Assembly (NCBI GenBank): GCA_021432655.1
Contig: MU271356.1
Span: 1-64,000, forward strand
Direction: 5' to 3'
DNA from: Atractiella rhizophila
Lineage: Eukaryota
Length of the DNA: 64,000 nucleotides
The translations under genes were made by a program, and so were the position numbers. Below the pieces are notes generated by a model that made no database searches, was not told the DNA's origin, and saw only the letters and a program-made list of their open reading frames with translations. Below, in pieces: positions 62,146 through 64,000 of the stretch (position 1 is the stretch's first letter; the number at the start of each line of letters is the position of its first letter).

Positions 62146-63699
62146 TTACCGATTAGACGACTGAGAGATGGCTTTTGTCTTCTTCCTTCCCATCCCGAAC
62201 CGAGGCGTCCACTCGCCCCAGCCGTCGTCAGCGTAGAAATCCATCTGTTGCTTTCCATCAATTTCACGTCCATCTAATTTGCCTAACACTAAGCCAGCTT
62301 CATAGGGGCTAAGCAGCGGTTTCGGGAATGCATATCCCCAATCGATACTGAGACGTGGACAAGAAGTTTGGATGAAAGTTGAAATGCTCGGTAGCAAAGA
62401 GGCTTTGATAGGCGAGAGCTCTGACATGAGGAGAGGAATCACTCGAGGAGCGTTCGTAGAGACGGAAGTAATATGAGACGATATTGACTGTTCCAAAGCA
62501 ATAAGCTTCATGCACAGTGCTCACATCGGAAAGCAAATGCATACTTCCAGAACCCTTCGGTTACCTTGCCGCCCTAGGGTTCCTAATACCACGGCCCACT
62601 CTTTCTCGCTATCCAGCTGCCTCTTCGCCTGCACCATCGCCTCTTTCCTAATATTTTGCATGGCTGGATGGTCGTAAAACTCTCGCGTCAGCTTCTTCGA
62701 ATAGGGATCGTATCGAAACGCCGGCAGTGTCGGATTAGCGAGCATGATACTTTCCAGATGAAACCGTCCATCCCCAATGTAGAGAATACCGTCTACGTTG
62801 TAAGTAGAAAGCGAAGGCGAAGTACAGCCGAGAATTTCACCCGGCGAAAGGGGTCGGATTTGGGGTACGACAATTTCGAGTTTGCGAGAAGATTTAAGGC
62901 GTGTTAGTGCTAGAGAATCAGATGCATCGACTGGCGATGGTGATGAGGATCCAGGCGTCAAAGCAATAGGTCCAGATATAGTATTCTTCGCTCCTCTTTT
63001 TGGTTTGCTTTCTGGAAAGTTATCGGCCAACAGCTGGACGGCGTTTAAAAATTGAACAGTTGAAACAGTTGCGAGGCGGATGGGCCGTTCATCCTCTAGT
63101 TGATCTCCTGCAGATCCTCCTACTTCGATTGCGATCTCAACGCTCGCATCGCCTTTCTCCTCTAGCTCCACCTCCAAAGCTTTAGGGAAGTTGTGCTTAA
63201 TAGTATTCAAAAGGTGTGTCTCGTTGACCTGGATCTCAACGAAGACATACATGGTCGGAATCCCTACCTGATCCATTGGGACGAGACAAGAATGGCCATA
63301 GTGGACGAGCAGGTCGACTCCCAGTTCGATCGCTGTATAATCATCGATGCAACAAGCACCATAGGTGACATCACCAAGAACGACGCATTCGACAGCACCA
63401 AAAGAGGAGAGGATGTCAGATATCGTGCATGCAAACATGAGGAGCCCTTCTGGCAATTGCAGCCCGACCCGTTTGGCGTTGAGGCGGCGGATTAAGGAGA
63501 GCGTTTTTGGTATCTCGAATGAGTACGAAGCAGGGAGGAGAGATTTGAGAGTTAGAGCGAGGAGAGGGGATATTTCCTCGTTGGGACGCTGCAGAGGTTT
63601 GGGAGAAGAAGAAGCGCCGGAGGCTGGGCGGCCTTGAAATCGTAAACGTGAAGGCGTGTTCATAATAGGAGCACTTGAACGCATGGTCAGATCTTTCAT
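62146..63699 (-). CDS. DPH1: Diphthamide biosynthesis protein 1
   Basis: LQLPEGLL, DVTYGACCIDD, HYGHSCLVP, GEILGCTSP, GDGRFHLES, LGTLGRQG and CPRLSIDWG; one intron near 62500-62540. Confidence 0.95.
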
Positions 63700-64000
63700 G
63701 AAAAAAGTGCAGCAGACAAATTTTCACAGACAGTTCAGCAAACAACCCATGCACCGCTGCAAACAATTGTAATAGTTACATTACACGTTCAATCGGCTTC
63801 GTGTCAAAATGACGAAGATAACAACATGGGTTGGATCATTACCCCACTTTTTTCTGCTGCCGTGAAATGTTTCTCTTTCAAAGTCACATCATTTCGTATA
63901 TAATGAGATTAAGACTAGGACCATAAGGTGTAAAAGACATTGCATCTGAATAGACGAGATCTGCCTCTGATCTATCTTCTCCAACCTTTTCAGTGCCAGC

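Overview
Intron-rich fungal genomic DNA: most introns are ~45-60 nt with GTRAGT/GTACGT donors, CTRAC-like branch sites and YAG acceptors. Gene content suggests a basidiomycete, which is inference. The left ~33 kb is accessory-like. It holds two intact copies and one decayed copy of an intronless family (unknown N-terminal domain + F-box-like motif + LRR-like region) and other gene relics. It also holds a recent tandem amplification of a Zn2Cys6/fungal-specific transcription factor (~9.4-23.1 kb) made of a 5' stub, a C-terminally altered copy, an intact copy and a headless copy fused to a peroxiredoxin fragment. That TF's N-terminus and DNA-binding domain are built from 3-, 8-, 18- and 13-nt microexons. 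Next come a 2-Cys peroxiredoxin, a divergently transcribed older TF paralog, a PTS1-bearing alpha/beta hydrolase and a CsbD/Hmp1-like gene. The right half is mostly conserved genes: a PBP2/NMT1-like protein, an MFS transporter, ATE1, a CVNH-domain gene with a premature stop, a second CsbD-like gene, a GNAT, two more F-box/LRR genes, mitochondrial SerRS, METTL5, a large UNC80-like gene, a Ser/Pro-rich protein and DPH1. I recognised no tRNA, rRNA, CRISPR array or transposase. All gene models were spliced by eye and no database searches were run.
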